From the NCBI GenBank assembly GCA_036785375.1, contig JAWMAR010000250.1:2232001-2296000 (forward strand): a stretch of DNA of 64,000 bases. Direction: 5' to 3'. Below, one piece after another: positions 63,265 through 64,000 of the stretch. Each line of letters opens with the position of its first letter. The stretch's first letter is position 1. Origin of the DNA: Leucoraja ocellata (lineage: Eukaryota). Position numbers and translations under genes: made by a program. The notes under the pieces are model-generated. The model was not told where the DNA came from and did not search any database. It saw only the letters and a list, made by a program, of their open reading frames with translations.

Positions 63265-63520
63265 GTGCAGGGAGGAACAGCAGATGCTGGTATATGCTGA
63301 AGAGAGACAAAATGCTGGAGTAACCCAGCAGGTCAGGCAGCATTTCTGGAGATAAGCAATAAGTGATGTTTTGGGTTCAAACCCTTCCTTCTATTCCTCC
63401 CACCCCCACACTTGCATCAGTCTGAAGAAGGGTCCCAACCAGAATAGCACCTGCTGTGTTACTCCAGCACTTTATGTCCTTTTGGGTAAACCAGCACCTG
63501 CAGTTACCTTTTTCTAAACA
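63265..63520. mobile_element. Older palindromic PLE-derived element
   Basis: Minus arm ggaacagcagatgctgg...aaatgctggagtaacccagc and plus arm cagtctgaagaagggtccc...actccagcac...ccagcacctgcagtt. Similar decayed copies lie at ~770-832, 2270-2570, 33470-33550, 35380-35475, 35845-35975, 46615-46712, 48712-48802, 49985-50090, 52345-52520, 58247-58365, 59473-59533 and 61920-62070. Confidence 0.7.
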
Positions 63521-63840
63521 ATAGGAAGATCTTTGCTCCATAGCAGACTGTCAATGGGGGGCATTGTAGACACCAGTAGATGTAGTGCACCTAATGAGTT
63601 CACTGTCTTTTCTTCAAGTGTTTAAACCAGTATGTACCTCAGATGAATATTTTGTATTTCGCTCTATGAAGGACCAGCCCCTTGTTTGTGTTGCAAATTA
63701 TTCGGTTCGGACTATAATCAAGATTTGACAAACAACAGCTTCTGAATCGTACATAGTTTCCTTTGCTTCCTGTTTCCTAATTTACCTCTCCTAAAATGCC
63801 ATAATCTAAATAGATGAATGATTTCCCCCTCGTATCTTCT

Positions 63841-63871
<31 letters not shown>

Positions 63872-64000
63872 GAACCAGCTTCTATCTAATCAACATATTA
63901 CTCTTAAACACAATTTGACAGAATGGACAATCAAATCTTATGTTTTCTAAATTATTTCATCAAAAGTATGTGAGGTTTTAAAAATATATATATATTGTGA

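Noticed and set aside
770-63520. Recurrent palindromic repeat as a CRISPR array or bacterial REP/terminator
   Set aside because: Copies are dispersed, variably oriented, have TSDs and sit in a spliced vertebrate gene; no regular spacers or cas genes.

Overview
Eukaryotic, AT-rich vertebrate genomic DNA, most likely from a cartilaginous fish (skate/ray-like). That assignment is an inference from the HE1-like V-SINEs and the elasmobranch-type CR1 and Penelope-like repeats. The window covers part of ARHGAP35 (p190A RhoGAP) on the + strand: the giant first coding exon (24589-28493, ATG at 24780) and the next 145-nt exon (43939-44083). I found neither the promoter nor the remaining RhoGAP exons. 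The rest is intron full of retroelement and DNA-transposon relics, plus a 200-N gap. The most striking non-coding signal is a family of at least 20 short Penelope-like-element (PLE)-derived insertions. They carry a minimal type I hammerhead ribozyme core (CUGAnGA-stem II-GAAA-CG-UC), often have 11-15 bp target-site duplications, and often form fold-back palindromes whose axis lies inside the ribozyme. Also notable: a predicted exon2+3 circle encoding a GAP-less protein, a uORF-dense leader with a candidate extra 5'UTR exon, and a 1-kb nested fold-back Tc1/mariner-type MITE. All calls are by eye; no searches were run.
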